64,000 nucleotides of DNA from contig OZ037773.1 in the NCBI GenBank assembly GCA_964035545.1, positions 3,191,751 to 3,255,750 of the forward strand. The letters run 5' to 3'. The stretch comes from Bugula neritina. Its lineage: Eukaryota; Animalia; Bryozoa. Positions 20,452-40,400 of this stretch are shown in pieces. The notes beneath the pieces are model-generated. The model was not told where the DNA came from and did not search any database. It saw only the letters and a program-made list of their open reading frames with translations. Each line of letters opens with the position of its first letter. Positions within the stretch are counted from its first letter, which is position 1. Position numbers and translations under genes: made by a program.

Positions 20452-23400
20452 CTCACTACAATATAGCATTAAGTTTTTTTATTCTTTTTATATTTTATAA
20501 CAGTATTTAATGTTGTATAGAAGTTTAGGTTATTTATATCCATGTATTGATTATGCACCTATATAAAGCTGTGTAAACATGATACTTTGTTATTATGCTA
20601 TGTTTTCATTTTCATCCCATTACTATAAGATTATAATCCAGCTATAACCTAAATTTATAGTCTTTATTTTGGTAAGTTGCAATTCAAATAAGTACTGATT
20701 TAACTGAGAATTTTAGAGCAGCCTTCACTATATTAACTCAGTTTTTCATTGAACACCTTAAAAGTCATATGCATAGGTTCTAGCTCTGCAGGGTTTTTGA
20801 AAGATTAACTAATTCTTATAAATATATCATTTTCCTTGCAGTGAAGACATGTGCAGTACATACATGAAATGAGTTGTATAGCTAGAGAATATAGGGAATA
20901 TAACTCTTACACCTTCAGTTTACTCCTGCATACATGCATGTAGATTGATAAACATTATCAGTAACACATTTAGGAATTGTCATCAATGCTAAATTCAAGT
21001 GTCAACTAAAATTCTTTCTACTAAATAACTAAAACTTTTAGCATACAATAATATAGCTTTATAGCAATAGTTGGAAGCAAGTGCAATATTACCGCTCATG
21101 GAACTGTAACTATAACTTGTACAATGTGGTATGTTAGTTGTATATGTATAGTATGACTTCATTCCACACAAAACAATTTTCAATTTTTTTCATATTGTAA
21201 TATAGTGAAAAAAATAATATTAAATGAAGAAATCTCAGGCAGTGCAGTGCTTGGGCTATCTAAACAAAAAACATGTGTAACATTCCTTAAGTAAAAGTTT
21301 GAGCAATATATGCTAACTATAATAACACATGGAATTATTAGCACGCTGTCATGCAGTCAACTAGCTGCCTTAAAAACTTTGATTAATCTGTGAATTATAC
21401 TAACCATGTAAGTCTAATATAAGTTGTGTGTATCGTGTTATACTTGCATTATATTTTGTCCTTAATCTTGACTCTACTGCATAAAATAATAAAGCTATAA
21501 TAGACGTTATATTATAGATCTGATAAAGCAGCATGTGCTTTGAAATGAATCTCTATTGTATACCAAATAGTAATTGTAGTGTTTGATACTTACATAAATT
21601 TGTCAGATTTGTATTGAACCATGCAGTAACAATTGGCAGTAAAGGAGTCAGTGTCAGTATAACTAGTCCCCATCAAACTTATCAACTCAATAATAAATTG
21701 ACACTAACTGTTATGTCATGGAAAGTTACTACTGAATACTTCCTGGTTCTCATACTAATTCACAATTAGTTGGAAATATAACAGGAAAATCTAATAACTC
21801 TTATCTTATTAACTAATAAGCTTGTTATAGAATTGAATGGGAATAACTGTTTTGTAAAATATGCATCACCAGTTTTTATCATAAAAGTAAGAGTTCATGC
21901 TTTGTTATATAGTAATATATGTAGCTTTTAATTAGTAGTTGTGTGAATCATGTTTCCTTTTTGTTGCTGTAATTAGCAATCATCATATATATAAGATTGT
22001 ATAGTTGCTGCAAATCATGGTTGTTATTTGAATTAATTTCAACTATATATATATATATATATAGTGAAACTAGTATTACACCACATACCACAAGCACCAC
22101 TTCTTTATATAATATAAGATAATGGTGTTTCGAGGATGTGAACATTGAAAGTTATCTGTTCACTGATGAAAGCAGTAGACAGAAAGTTTTATTTCTCATC
22201 AGTAATTAGCTACGGTAGTCTAAAATAATAGCTATAATAACTCAATATATTTATTGTATGTGTTGAGTTCTCCTAGTCATTTGACTTACTCTTTGCTTAA
22301 TATGTCTAACAGAATAGTATTGCAATAAAAAATTTATATTTTCAACTTTATAATTTACTTTTGCATTTAAGTCCTCCATAAGTAGCTATTTAAATATGAT
22401 GTATTATATAATCATGTTTTATTCTCAATGTATAACATATTCATGTATATAACATGTAAATATAAAACATATTAATGTATATAACATATACCATTAATAT
22501 ATCATAAATTAATATATAGAACATATCAATATATTACATATCAGTATATAACATATTATTATATTAGTATTCACATATGCTGATCCTCTCACTGCCCTAA
22601 CACTTTCATTGCCCTGTAATTATTAACTATATCTCTACTATAATAAGTATTAATTTATACTTACAATGTATGTTGTCAACTCAGCACCATATATAAGATA
22701 AGAAAATTGTATGAAACTTCATTTATTACTTTCAACTAGACTCGGAAGACCAGAATGTTAATTATTGCTGACCTTTAAATTATAGTACATCATATATCGT
22801 AAAGCTGCCTGTGAGACATATAGTATCTGCTGCTTTAAGTTTAAAAATGAAATTCCCTTTCAATGACTCATATTTAAACACAACCCACGTTCCCACATCA
22901 AGCAGATTGAAAACTAGTTTTCACTGAGGTGTCTATTGGCTATTGTAATCAGTGTATATTGTCTGCATATGTTGAGTCAACAATTTGTATTTATTGCATA
23001 TAGAAATACTTGATTTCCTTGTTGCTAGAGATTAGCTATAGCCTATTATGTACGGATTAATATTTAGAACTATAATATGATGCGAAAGAAAGGATAACTC
23101 TAATGATAATGCAAATATGCATATTCAGGCCTGTGTGCGTGCTGTGCGTGTGTGTGTGTGTGCGTGTGCGTGCGTGTGCGTGTGCGTGTGTGTGTGTGCA
23201 GGCATAATTATCAAGTTTATATATAGTGTTAATAATAGGTGCACTTCAGTTTCATTGATGTGGGCCTACCCTTATATGTTAAATATTTATTTTTATTATT
23301 GAGGTTAAGAAGTATTGAAAGAGAGTATATATTATTGTTAATTTGGCCACTGTATCAGCAGCAGCCATTGAACTTAGTTATCAGAGAACATTTATTGGTC

Positions 23401-23949
23401 AATAGTTTTTAGTTAAAAACAAAATTTATTTTAAAAGATAACTTTCAGACAAGATATAGTATAGCAATATTTTATGAAATATGTCACTATTCTATTGTGA
23501 AAAGCGATGTAATTCAGTATAGTTATATAATAACTTTTAGCGCTCTTTCGAAGCATATTCTGCTAAGCAAAAGCTTCAATGTAGGCAATAAAGACTGTTT
23601 GCAAGATGCAGTTATTTGATGCATTTACAAATTCCAGAGCCAATACTAAATCTTCTGTACCCTTGCTTTAAGCATCTCTGCCGGCAGTTCCAATTAATGT
23701 TGGGCTTTTCACTGCGTCGGCCAGCTTCTGCTACGGAAGCTGTTATAAAGATTTTACAAAACAGTCAAATTAAATACACTCAAACAGGGTAAGTATAAAC
23801 TGTGCATGCATTGTATAATGTCAATTTTTTCCCATATATAGTTAATAAACACACATATTGTTCTAAATTCAAATAATTATTATAGTAACAACTTCTTTCG
23901 CTGGTTTCCTTGAGAATTTGTGCTCTGAAATGTCATCATATTATTTAAC

Positions 23950-24088
<139 letters not shown>

Positions 24089-24140
24089 GTAGTGTGTTCA
24101 GATTGTTAATGATACATATATATTTTATTTAAAAAATCTT

Positions 24141-24185
24141 ACACGACTATATAGTTTCGTGCAGTAAACTGCACTCCTCAGGTGT
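24141..24185 (-). ncRNA. Minimal type I hammerhead ribozyme
   Basis: Reverse complement reads ACAC CTGAGGA GTGCAGT-TT-ACTGCAC GAAA CTATATAG TC GTGT. Confidence 0.85.
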
Positions 24186-27100
24186 TAGACTAAAAATAAA
24201 TAAAATCTATGAAGCATACCGATTATTCAAATTTTTACATAAAGAAAATTATCATGCTAAACACAACGTAAAACGAAATGCAAACATAGTAGTGGATTTG
24301 GTGTTATCTATTAATTAATTAAATTGCTCTTTTTCTAAAGGATTAAACTATAAAAGCTAGATGTTTGATGGAAAGGCTAATTTATAATAGGTAGTACTAT
24401 GGTTGAGAGTTGTTAGTATTGTTATGTGATGTTGCCCAGGTAGTGCTTACGTGCATGTCTGCATGTGGATAGAATTTCATTTCTGTTATTAAGGGAAGAT
24501 TTGCTGGGCTGGTATATTATGAAATATTTTTCCCATAGGCAGAGGTTGCATCTTTTAGTGACTTTGTTGTATGAGTTGGTCTTTTTCATAATTTTCCATG
24601 TTATGTCAAAATGGGTGTTCTTGTCTTTTAGTTTCCAGATATATTTGCTCAATTCAGTATGGTTCTTTTTTGTTTTGTTGTTAAAAGTTGATTTGTGGTT
24701 ATAAAATCTGGTTTTGAATTCTGTTTCTGATGTTCCCACGTAAGTCTGGGGTTGGCTGCCATCTTTGGTTGTAACTGTAGCTTGGTATATGATGCACTTT
24801 GTGAGGCATTTTCCATCTAGTGGGCACACTGTGCTGTTTCTGCAGTTACATTCTCGAGGAGGTTGGTTTGCTGGGTTGAGTAATCTTTTATTGTGGCTGT
24901 TGATTATGTTGTTTAAATTTCTGCAGCAGCTGTAACTGAGTTTTATGTTGTTTTTGTTGAAAATTTTGTAGAGTTTGTGGTCTTTGGGTATTTCTTCCTC
25001 CAGAATTTTAAAAAATTGTTTTCCCAGGTTGCTTGATACACTTTTGGAGAATGGGGGGTTATACCATGTGATGTTTCGTCGTCTTTCTCTTTTTGGTCTG
25101 CTAGTGGTGTGTGTTGGCTGGAATGTTAGGTTATGTGTGTATCCACTTTTACTTAGAGCTTCTTGGTGTATTTTTGTTGTTTGACTGAAGACTTCTTCGT
25201 TAGATGAGAGATTGGAGAGCCTGTTGTTTATGGCTTGTGGGATGTTTCTTGTGATATGGGGTGGATGGTTGGATTTGGAGTTTACATATAGGATTTCGCT
25301 GTTAGGTTTTACATGGGGTTTGTGTGTTCTTTTGCTAATGTCAAAATTTATATCTAGATAGTTGACGACTTTTTTGTTTACTTCAATGGTGATATTTAGA
25401 TTATGTTTTTGGAAAATTTTGCAGATTGATTTTTTAATTCTATCTATATTTTTTGCAGTGTCGTTGATTACTCCTAGGCCGTCATCACGGTATAGACCGA
25501 AGGTATTTCCAAACTTTTGGTTGATTTTATATAGTAAGAATATGCCGACCAGAGTGCAACATTCTGCACCGTCATAGCTGCCCATTGTAATGTCAAATAA
25601 TGAGCTACATTTTTTACTCCAGGGTTGGCCGGAATGGTATAACAACATTTTTCTGGCATGGAAAATCACGGTGCGGTCTGTGTCTGTTATGGTAGTATGC
25701 TCTGCTGCGAAATCAATTGCAGTGTGGAGTAAATTATTAGTTATTGATGGATAAAAGTCGACAATGTCAAATACAATAAAAGATAAGCATTTGTTGTTAT
25801 CTAAGTTTGTGAACCATTTAATTACCTCGGAAGTATTTGTCCAAATATTCAAAGCTAGTTTTGGAGTTATGGCCTTATTTATTCTGTCTAGTATTCTTTT
25901 GCTGATGATGCCTATTTCAGTTTTGCTTGGGTTTATTAGTCTGCACTTAGGGTTATTCATAAAATTAGGCTTGTGGTCCTTTAGTGTTATGTATGCCTCA
26001 GTTGTGTTGGTGGTCGTGATTCTGTCTTCGATTTGTAGAGATTTGGCAATATGTTTAGCTTCTAGGTTTATTTCTTGGGGCGTGTTTTGATCAATTTTTT
26101 TGTAATCCTTAGTGATGTTGTTGTGCAATAGTTCTCTGTAGTTGGTAATTTCCATATTGTAAAAATTATTTGTTTTGTCAGCAGGTATAATAAGACTATT
26201 GGTGCCGATTTTTTGGGCTAGGTCTTGTTTTATTGTTTTCTGGAATTGGCAGTGTACTCTTCTAAATTTGATGTTTTTAATCATGGATCTAATTTTTATT
26301 TCGAACCTGGCAAGCTCTTTGATGGTAGGAGGTGCTTTTGTGGTGTTGGTCGGCATATTCTTACTATATAAAATCAACCAAAAGTTTGGAAATACCTTCG
26401 GTCTATACCGTGATGACGGCCTAGGAGTAATCAACGACACTGCAAAAAATATAGATAGAATTAAAAAATCAATCTGCAAAATTTTCCAAAAACATAATCT
26501 AAATATCACCATTGAAGTAAACAAAAAAGTCGTCAACTATCTAGATATAAATTTTGACATTAGCAAAAGAACACACAAACCCCATGTAAAACCTAACAGC
26601 GAAATCCTATATGTAAACTCCAAATCCAACCATCCACCCCATATCACAAGAAACATCCCACAAGCCATAAACAACAGGCTCTCCAATCTCTCATCTAACG
26701 AAGAAGTCTTCAGTCAAACAACAAAAATACACCAAGAAGCTCTATGTAAAAGTGGATACACACATAACCTAACATTCCAGCCAACACACACCACTAGCAG
26801 ACCAAAAAGAGAAAGACGACGAAACATCACATGGTATAACCCCCCATTCTCCAAAAGTGTATCAAGCAACCTGGGAAAACAATTTTTTAAAATTCTGGAG
26901 GAAGAAATACCCAAAGACCACAAACTCTACAAAATTTTCAACAAAAACAACATAAAACTCAGTTACAGCTGCTGCAGAAATTTAAACAACATAATCAACA
27001 GCCACAATAAAAGATTACTCAACCCAGCAAACCAACCTCCTCGAGAATGTAATTGCAGAAACAGCACAGTGTGCCCACTAGATGGAAAATGCCTCACAAA

Positions 27101-27712
27101 GTGCATCATATACCAAGCTACAGTTACAACCAAAGATGGCAGCCAACCCCAGACTTACGTGGGAACATCAGAAACAGAATTCAAAACCAGATTTTATAAC
27201 CACAAATCAACTTTTAACAACAAAACAAAAAAGAACCATACTGAATTGAGCAAATATATCTGGAAACTAAAAGACAAGAACACCCATTTTGACATAACAT
27301 GGAAAATTATGAAAAAGACCAACTCATACAACAAAGTCACTAAAAGATGCAACCTCTGCCTATGGGAAAAATATTTCATAATATACCAGCCCAGCAAATC
27401 TTCCCTTAATAACAGAAATGGAATTCTATCCACATGCAGACATGCACGTAAGCACTACCTGGGCAACATCACATAACAATACTAACAACTCTCAACCATA
27501 GTACTACCTATTATAAATTAGCCTTTCCATCAAACATCTAGCTTTTATAGTTTAATCCTTTAGAAAAAGAGCAATTTAATTAATTAATAGATAACACCAA
27601 ATCCACTACTATGTTTGCATTTCGTTTTACGTTGTGTTTAGCATGATAATTTTCTTTATGTAAAAATTTGAATAATCGGTATGCTTCATAGATTTTATTT
27701 ATTTTTAGTCTA

Positions 27713-27757
27713 ACACCTGAGGAGTGCAGTTTACTGCACGAAACTATATAGTCGTGT
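27713..27757 (+). ncRNA. Minimal type I hammerhead ribozyme
   Basis: ACAC CTGAGGA GTGCAGT-TT-ACTGCAC GAAA CTATATAG TC GTGT: catalytic core CUGANGA/GAAA/GUC with a palindromic stem III. Confidence 0.85.
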
Positions 27758-27886
27758 AAGATTTTTTAAATAAAATATATATGTATCATTAACAATCTGA
27801 ACACACTACATTATATTAGCTCTGTCACCCGTGATATCGAGCACTTTACTTTGCTGGAACTCCAACTAGATTGACAATCAGCATAC

Positions 27887-28002
<116 letters not shown>

Positions 28003-28011
28003 ATTTATATA

Positions 28012-28821
28012 TATATAAATAAAATTTTCAATAGGAAAACTATAAAAATTAGCTATTCATGCATGCCCAACATGAAAAATATTATTGATGGCTCGAACCA
28101 TCACAAACTCAAAACCACACACACCCCTACTACCGCTACTAAACTAAATGACACACAATGTAACTGCAAACAACCTTCCCACTGTCCACTAAATGGTAAA
28201 TGCTTATACAAAGACGTAATATACCAAGCAACTGTAACAAGACAGGACAATAATTCCAGCCATTCATACATAGGACTCTGTTCGACTACCTTCAAAACCA
28301 GATTCAATAACCACAAAGCCTCTTTCCTACATGCAGATAAAGCTAACAGCACGCAACTCAGCAGACACATCTGGAATTTAAAAGACAACAAAACGAAATT
28401 CAGCTTAAAATGGAATATTTTAAAGATTTGCAAATCATACTCAAACCTAACCAATAGATGTAATTTATGCAACTATGAGAAGTATATAATTTTAAAACAA
28501 CCGGAATTATCTTCCCTCAACAAACGAAAAGAGCTTTCCACCACGTGTAGACATAAACGCAAATTTTTACTTGCGCACTTAACAGACGCTAGTTAAAACA
28601 TTCCAGCGTAGTAATACACTAACAATACTAATTTCAAAACAAAATCACTCAAGCGTACACACAACGACCTGATGATCGTAGCTCGCACTACGTGAAACAA
28701 TATTGTAGTCAATAGAATGAAGATCTAAGTTTATTTTTATATCCAAAATTGTATTAGTACCAAATATAAATACTCTATTTTTCGAAATATTGAGTTCTTT
28801 TGATTCATTTTTAATTATAGA

Positions 28822-28825
<4 letters not shown>
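28012..28825 (+). mobile_element. Penelope-like element fragment of a second family (GIY-YIG domain + 3' UTR)
   Basis: KIFNRKTIKISYSCMPN...CPLNGKC...IYQATV...SYIGL..TFKTRFNNH...RCNLC...CRHK, stop at 28596, followed by a hammerhead motif; bounded by (TA)n. Confidence 0.88.
28666..28710 (+). ncRNA. Minimal type I hammerhead ribozyme (second Penelope family)
   Basis: GAC CTGATGA T CGTAG-CTCGCA-CTACG T GAAA CAATATTG TA GTC. Confidence 0.78.
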
Positions 28826-28896
<71 letters not shown>

Positions 28897-28951
28897 GTAG
28901 TGTGTTCAGATTGTTAATGATACATATATTTTTTTTTATTTAAAAAATCTC

Positions 28952-28996
28952 ACACGACTATATAGTTTCGTACAGTAAACTGCACTCGTCAGGTGT
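28952..28996 (-). ncRNA. Minimal type I hammerhead ribozyme
   Basis: Reverse complement reads ACAC CTGACGA GTGCAGT-TT-ACTGTAC GAAA CTATATAG TC GTGT. Confidence 0.82.
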
Positions 28997-29731
28997 TAGA
29001 CTAAAAATAAATAAAATCTATGAAGCATACCGATTATTCAAATTTTTACATAAAGAAAATTATCATGCTAAACACAACGTAAAACGAAATGCAAACATAG
29101 TAGTGGATTTGGTGTTATCTATTAATTAATTAAATTGCTCTTTTTCTAAAGGATTAGACTATAAAAGCTAGATGTTTGATGGAAAGGGTAATTTATAATA
29201 GGTGGTACTATGGTTTAGAATTGTTAGTATTGTTATGTGATGTTGCCCAGGTAGTGCTTACGTGCATGTCTGCATGTGGATAGAATCTCATTTCTGTTAT
29301 TAAGGGAAGATTTGCTGGGCTGGTATATTATGAAATATTTTTCCCATAGGCAGAGGTTGGACCTTTTAGTGACTTTGTTGTATGAGTTGGTTTTTTTCAT
29401 AATTTTCCATGTTATGTCAAAATGGGTGTTCTTGTCTTTTAGTTTCCAGATATATTTGCTCAATTCAGTATGGTTCTTTTTTGTTTTGTTGTTAAAAGTT
29501 GATTTGTGGTTATACAATCTGGTTTTGAATTCTGTTTCTAATGTTCCCACGTAAGTCTGGGGTTGGCTGCCATCTTTGGTTGTAACTCTAGCTTGGTATA
29601 TGATGCACTTTGTGAGGCATTTTCCATCTAGTGGGCACACTGTGCTGTTTCTGCAGTTACATTCTCGAGGAGGTTGGTTTGCTGGGTTGAGTAATCGGTA
29701 TGCTTCATAGATCTTATTTATTTTTAGTCTA

Positions 29732-29776
29732 ACACCTGACGAGTGCAGTTTACTGTACGAAACTATATAGTCGTGT
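29732..29776 (+). ncRNA. Minimal type I hammerhead ribozyme
   Basis: ACAC CTGACGA GTGCAGT-TT-ACTGTAC GAAA CTATATAG TC GTGT. Confidence 0.82.
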
Positions 29777-29908
29777 GAGATTTTTTGAATAAAAAAATAT
29801 ATATGTATCATTAACAATCTGAACACACTACATTATATTACCTCTGTCACCCGTGATATCAAGCACTTTACTTTGCTGGAACTCCAACTAGATTGACAAT
29901 CAGCATAC

Positions 29909-30037
<129 letters not shown>

Positions 30038-31310
30038 TATCAAAAATTAGAATATGGAAGTCAAGTTATATAATTATAAAATAAAATAAATGTATAAATA
30101 ATTTAACCTACCCAATCCACAGAAGGCAATCATGGCGCAAAGAAACAAAAACAATGACCTTCATATATTTCGTGTTCCTGTAAACAACAATCAATATATA
30201 TGCACAATTTATGGCGTTTAACATACATTGAAAAGTAGGAAATATACGCTTCTTTTACATCAAATTTTAATGTCACTATAATTAATAAATTCTAATTATT
30301 TTTAGTATATTTTTAAAACTTTTTAGACAAGTATGCTGTTTAACAAACATGTTCACATTGGTCAATAGAAAGTCCTATCTAATTCTATTAAAATTGTTAC
30401 CCTAAAAATTATTCTTTATTTGTGTAAACAAATTTTATGAGTAAATTAGCAAGTTTTATCGTTCATTAAAGATTATCTTTTATCTGTTCACCAAGTTTTT
30501 TTGCATAAATTAGCAATTTATATTTTTTAATAGGTGAAAAAGATTTTAAAGATCTATAATTGGTATACTCCTAAAAGTTTTCTTACATAACTAACTTTAT
30601 ATAATTTATATAATATTTTATATTAATATTATATAATATCCTACAATAAATTATAACAGAGATAGAATAATAATTATTAGGTTATGTCTAATCATCTTAA
30701 AAAAGTCTTTTTCAGATAATGATATCTTTCAACAGCACTAAAAATAAACATGCTTGCTTGTTGAGTATTTCTAAAAAATGTGTTTTGACAATACAAGTTA
30801 TTGGGATAATGTGACAACCTGAATAAAAGCTTAAAATGAGTTCAAAACAAATGCTACAAGTGAATAAATATAGAGAAAATAATAATATAATAAAAATAAT
30901 ATAATAAAAGCAAGTTGGCGTCGAAGCTAAATTCATACTAAATTTGATTATATCAGTTATATATATCTTTATAATAATGTATGTGTTACTGTCCTATATA
31001 ATGTTTATATTAACGTACAATAAACAACATATCCTGCAATATACAGCTGCACATGAGTGTAGCAAAATTTGGTAAATTGAAAGTATAAAACAGTTTGAAA
31101 ATATGACATGCCTGCATATGTTAGAACTGACTCAACTTTCTTCTGCCTATAATATTTACCAAATATTTAATTTCTTGTTGAATATAAAAGTTCCCATTGT
31201 TGTCTACAATTCATAGTAATAGTATTAGAATATTTCATTGCAGTTAATAAAAATATATTAATGGAAAACATTTATAATAATATAGTGCTGGCTACAGTAA
31301 TAATGCTTAT

Positions 31311-35736
<4,426 letters not shown>

Positions 35737-35854
35737 CTGTTGAATAAAAATGTGAGTAATAATTTAAATTTAATGCATACCTCCCAGAAATAAACGAGAT
35801 ATATATTCCAAAATTATAATTTGATGGTTAGAACTATAACAAAAATCAATGCTG

Positions 35855-35947
<93 letters not shown>

Positions 35948-36051
35948 TGACTTTGTTTGGATGAGTGATATTATATGCTGGGAAAAAAAATTTAAAATAA
36001 AAAAGAGGTACAAGCCTTTTATCAGTAACAGTATATATAAGTAAATGAATA

Positions 36052-36263
36052 GGGAGCAGCTGTGGTCTAGGGGTTAGAGTGTTTGCCTTGTGAACCCAAG
36101 GTCATGGGGTCGAGCTCCGACAAAGGCCATTGGTGATGTTAGAAAGAGCATCCAGTCATAATTGCTCCTGTGCCTTATTTAAAAAAGTTCTTAGCTTTAA
36201 CAAAAACCCTTTTACCAGGGGTTTCTCACAGGGATAGTGACTATAAACTTGCGTGAGTTTTTT
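36052..36263 (+). mobile_element. tRNA-derived SINE
   Basis: Pol III A-box-like TGGTCTAGGGG, B-box-like GGGTCGAGCTCC and a T-rich end. The 20-bp direct repeat TATATATAAGTAAATGAATA flanks it at 36032-36051 and 36264-36283. The empty site is seen in the inverted paralogous block near 60195-60215. Confidence 0.8.
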
Positions 36264-36782
36264 TATATATAAGTAAATGAATATGGAGATGGTAGATATA
36301 GTTTTTAAGAGAGGAGAATATGGGGCAGAGATAAATTCTATTTGTCATAAATAAGTTAAGATTGGGTGCATGATAAACTTTGGGTTTTCGAACTGAAAAG
36401 AACTTCTATCAAACTATTATATTCTAATTGGTATACTTCTAAAAGTTTTATTACATAACCAACTTTATATAATTTAGAAACTATCGGATATCATACAATG
36501 AGTCATTACATAGATATAGAATAATAACTACTAAATTATTAGGCATTTAATCATATTAAAACAGTTCTTTTCAGCTAATGATGTCTTTCATATTTGCTTT
36601 CTGAGTATTTCTAAAAAATGTCTCTTCGCATTACAAGTTATTGGGATAATGTGACAACCTGAATAAAAGCTTAAAATGAGTTTAAAACAAAACAAATGTT
36701 ACAATTGAATAAATATATGGAGAATTTTCTACAAAAGAATCTAATAAAAGCAAGTTAGCATCGAAGCCAAATTTATACTAAA

Positions 36783-37113
36783 TGTAGCGAAATTAGCGGT
36801 ACTTTGCTAAGCTATTTTAGCTATATGAACAACGCACTAAGAAAAGCTTTCTACAGCACAGCCAGTGCTAACTCTGGCACTTGGCAATAGTTAGTGATAG
36901 TGAACTGGTGTAATTTTAAGAGAGCAAAATAAGTAAGTTATTTACATTAATTACATTGTTTCCTTTTTGTGGATTACAACTGTTTTTTGTTTTCATATTG
37001 TTTATTTATGTTTATCCTGATCATGTAAGTTTAAATTGCAATTATTGTAGTCTTGACGATGTCAATAGAAGTTAAATAAAACATAATAAAGAACTCAAGC
37101 CTAGTTCACTACA
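36783..37113. mobile_element. Solo LTR (331 bp)
   Basis: TGTAGCGAA...TTCACTACA termini, 5-bp TSD CTAAA on both sides and AATAAA near the right end; absent from paralogous flanks (e.g. ~30935-30950). Confidence 0.75.
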
Positions 37114-37481
37114 CTAAATTTGATTATATCAGTTATATATATCATTATAATGTATGTGTTACTGTCCTATATAATGTTTATATTAACGTACAATAAACAA
37201 CACATCCAATATACAGCTGCACATGAGTGTAGCAAAATTTGGTAAATTGAAAGTAAAACAGTTTGAAGATATGACATGCCTGCATATGTTAGAACTGACT
37301 CAACTTTCTTCTGCCTATAATATTTACCAAAATATATTTAATTTCTTGTTGAATATAAAAGTTCCCATTGTTGCCTACAATTCATAGTAATAGTATTAAA
37401 ATATTTCATTGCAGTTAATAAAAATATATTAATGGAAAACAGATATAATAAAATAGTGCTGGCTACAGTAATAATGCTTAT

Positions 37482-40400
37482 CTAGCTTCTGATGTTGACA
37501 TAAGTTTGCCCGGAAGGTGCGTCATGGTTATCTGTATTGGCTGTTTGTCTTTGAGATGAATCTAATGAGTCATAGTTGTGATCATCCATTCTAGTGGCAC
37601 GCATCGCTGTGTATGGGGAGTTATCAGTTCTAGCAGCGGACATATCTGTGTATGGGGAATTAGCAGTCCGGGTGACGGACAACTCTGTGTACAGGGAGTT
37701 ATCATTCCTAGTGACAGATAATTCTGTGTATGGGGAGTTATCAGTCCTAGTTCCAGCCCGTGACCTAATTCCTTAAAGAAAACAAGACAAGCCAGTTTTA
37801 TTGTGCAACAACTTTTTAGATTGCGACTTCAAGTGTGATTGTTATATATATAAATATAGTAAAACCATTATTTATATCAACCCATAAAACCTTTTAGTTT
37901 TCCAAGATGAAATGCTACTCCAGCTGTGATGATAAGTAACAGACAACCACCAGCTAATCCTCCTCCCAGAGCAGCTTTGTCAATGCCTGCACATGATGGT
38001 TTTTCAGAAGGAGTCGAAATCGGGATTGTGCTTGGTAGTGTGATAGAACTATCCCACTTTATTGTCCATGTAATAGTAACTGATTTGGCTGCATAACAAA
38101 AGCAAAATTATTATAATAAAACAGATCTTTCAAAAACACTATTAATAGTTTTTGATAATAAATAGTCTCTGATCATCACAATTAGTACTATATAGCTAGA
38201 TTAACTCTCTAATTCAAGTTGTATGACATTATGCTATTAAAAGGAAAGTTTCAAAATTAAAGAAGTGCATATATAAATTGTCAGCAGTGGTATAATCTAA
38301 ACAATTTCTTACATAAACCATTTCCAGCTGCGCATGAAACTGTGTCTGTTAAACCATCTGTTTGAGAATTCAAAGCCAGTTCATCAGCTGATCCTATGAT
38401 CAAAGCTCCATTATATGTCCAACTGAAGGTAGAAGGTGGTGGGTTAGCATCTACATGTTGACTACACCTTAGTTTAACATCAGATTGACTTGGGTTGTAT
38501 TCTTTTGTGACTGAATCTTGAACACCTGGTTTCCTAGCCAAATCTGCAGTGCACCAATATAAAAATGTTGAAATTAATAAGTATATCAGGCATTTTGTAT
38601 ATATGATCTTTAATTTCCTTTACATGTACTAAAAGTGAAGGGTCTATATGACACTCACATTGTGGTGTGATAGTAACATTTCTTTCAGTGTTTCCTCCCT
38701 TCCAGTTAGAATGTTCTGTATCTGTACAGGATAAAGTTAGTCCAGCTCTGTCTGTCTCAGTTGGAGTATACTTTCTAGCCACTGTGTTCCCATTCACTTC
38801 TGTACATTAATATATATGTGTAAGTCAAACATCAACATTGGTTAGAAAAACATCAAAGAAAAAGTATTTGGTTTTAAGTTTACAACTTTCTCAACATAAT
38901 ATGAGCCTATAATATGTCACTATTATATATAAGCATTTACAAGATGACAACATTGTTCATCAGTGCTATATCCTATAATATACACCCATTTGTATTCTCA
39001 GCTTTCTGCTACATAAATAAAGAATCTAAAATCATGCATTAGTTTTATTCAGTAAGATGGAATAAGTCAGAAAAACAAGTATGAATCCTATTTGCATATA
39101 TATATATATATAGAACTATACCCACTGTATTCATAGACGGACACAGGAACTGCCCCTATAGAGTTACAATTAAAACTAAACTCTTCTCCTTCTATGATAG
39201 TTTCTTCTACATTTAGAAATATATCAGTTGGAGCCGCTGTTGAATGAAAATAAGACATGCAAAAATATATTTCAAGTTGAGGAGTCAAATAGAGTTTATA
39301 AGAGCACTTGCTAATACTTTAACTTAATGTCTTGGCTTATATGTGATATAGATATGAAAAATATCAAGTGAGATAGAAGCATTCAAAACATTATACTTTT
39401 CTCCTTCTGTGATAGTTTTTGATTTCCTGAGGTTAATAAGCTGCAACCACTGTTTTAATAGAAACGCATTCATAAACTGAATATAAACATTTGGTTTACA
39501 GACATATTTCTAATAAAGTTGTTTTACTCTCGCATTAAAGTTCTTATAAATTATGAACAATAATAGACAAAAATCTAACTATAGCATGGCACCATGCTAA
39601 ATGTCTGAAAATAAAACTATAAACTGTTTTGATAGCAGTTGAATCCCACAATATAGAGATAAATGACATACTTTAAAAGCTGAAATTAATTAAAGTTGCA
39701 TCTAAAAATTATGGTCTGCTAACATAATTTTGAAATGGACAAATTTACTTTAAATAGGTTACCTTTCGCTTCCATTGAAACTTCTGAGGAAAGAATTTCT
39801 CCCACACCTCCTCCTTCAAACCCTCTACAGTAGAGCTTCCCTTTGAGTGTTGAGTCTGTTATAGTGAGTTGTACAGAAAGAGTGAATCCTTCAGGTTTAC
39901 CAACTGAGTTACAGTCTGCATGACTGACTCCAGGACCTTCTATTCCAGAGACATCAGTAATATCTAGAATTGAGAAGCCCAGCCATACTGTATCATCCAC
40001 AGGACTTCGAGTACATCCACTTTGATAGATTGTACTGTCTCCATCAGCTTCATATCGTAGATGTAAGGTTCTCAGATCAGTATAACCAGATGCTTCACAT
40101 GTGAAAGTTATCCTCTCATCTTTATAGAAATCTGGTGAAGTTGTAGTACTGTAGTCTATCTCTGTAGATGGCTGTGCTATATAAAGATATGTATAGTAAC
40201 AGCCCAAGTTACAAAATACATCTAATACCGTGTACCAATATATATATACAGTCAAAAACGTCTGCTTGTAAAAAAGTATTTAATAAATTATAACAAAAGT
40301 GTATACAAACTGCAAATTTTGAGAATATGAACCAATTGTAGACCAATTGCACTCCATTAAAGGACATGGCAGTGAGAATAAAATATTTAGAAAGCAATTT

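Noticed and set aside
26346-26536. N-terminus of the 704-aa ORF (and 26175-26345 of the 433-aa ORF) as real Penelope protein
   Set aside because: Antisense read-through across the inversion junction.
36052-36125. Functional tRNA gene
   Set aside because: No convincing cloverleaf or acceptor stem; embedded in a TSD-flanked element, so it is a SINE head.
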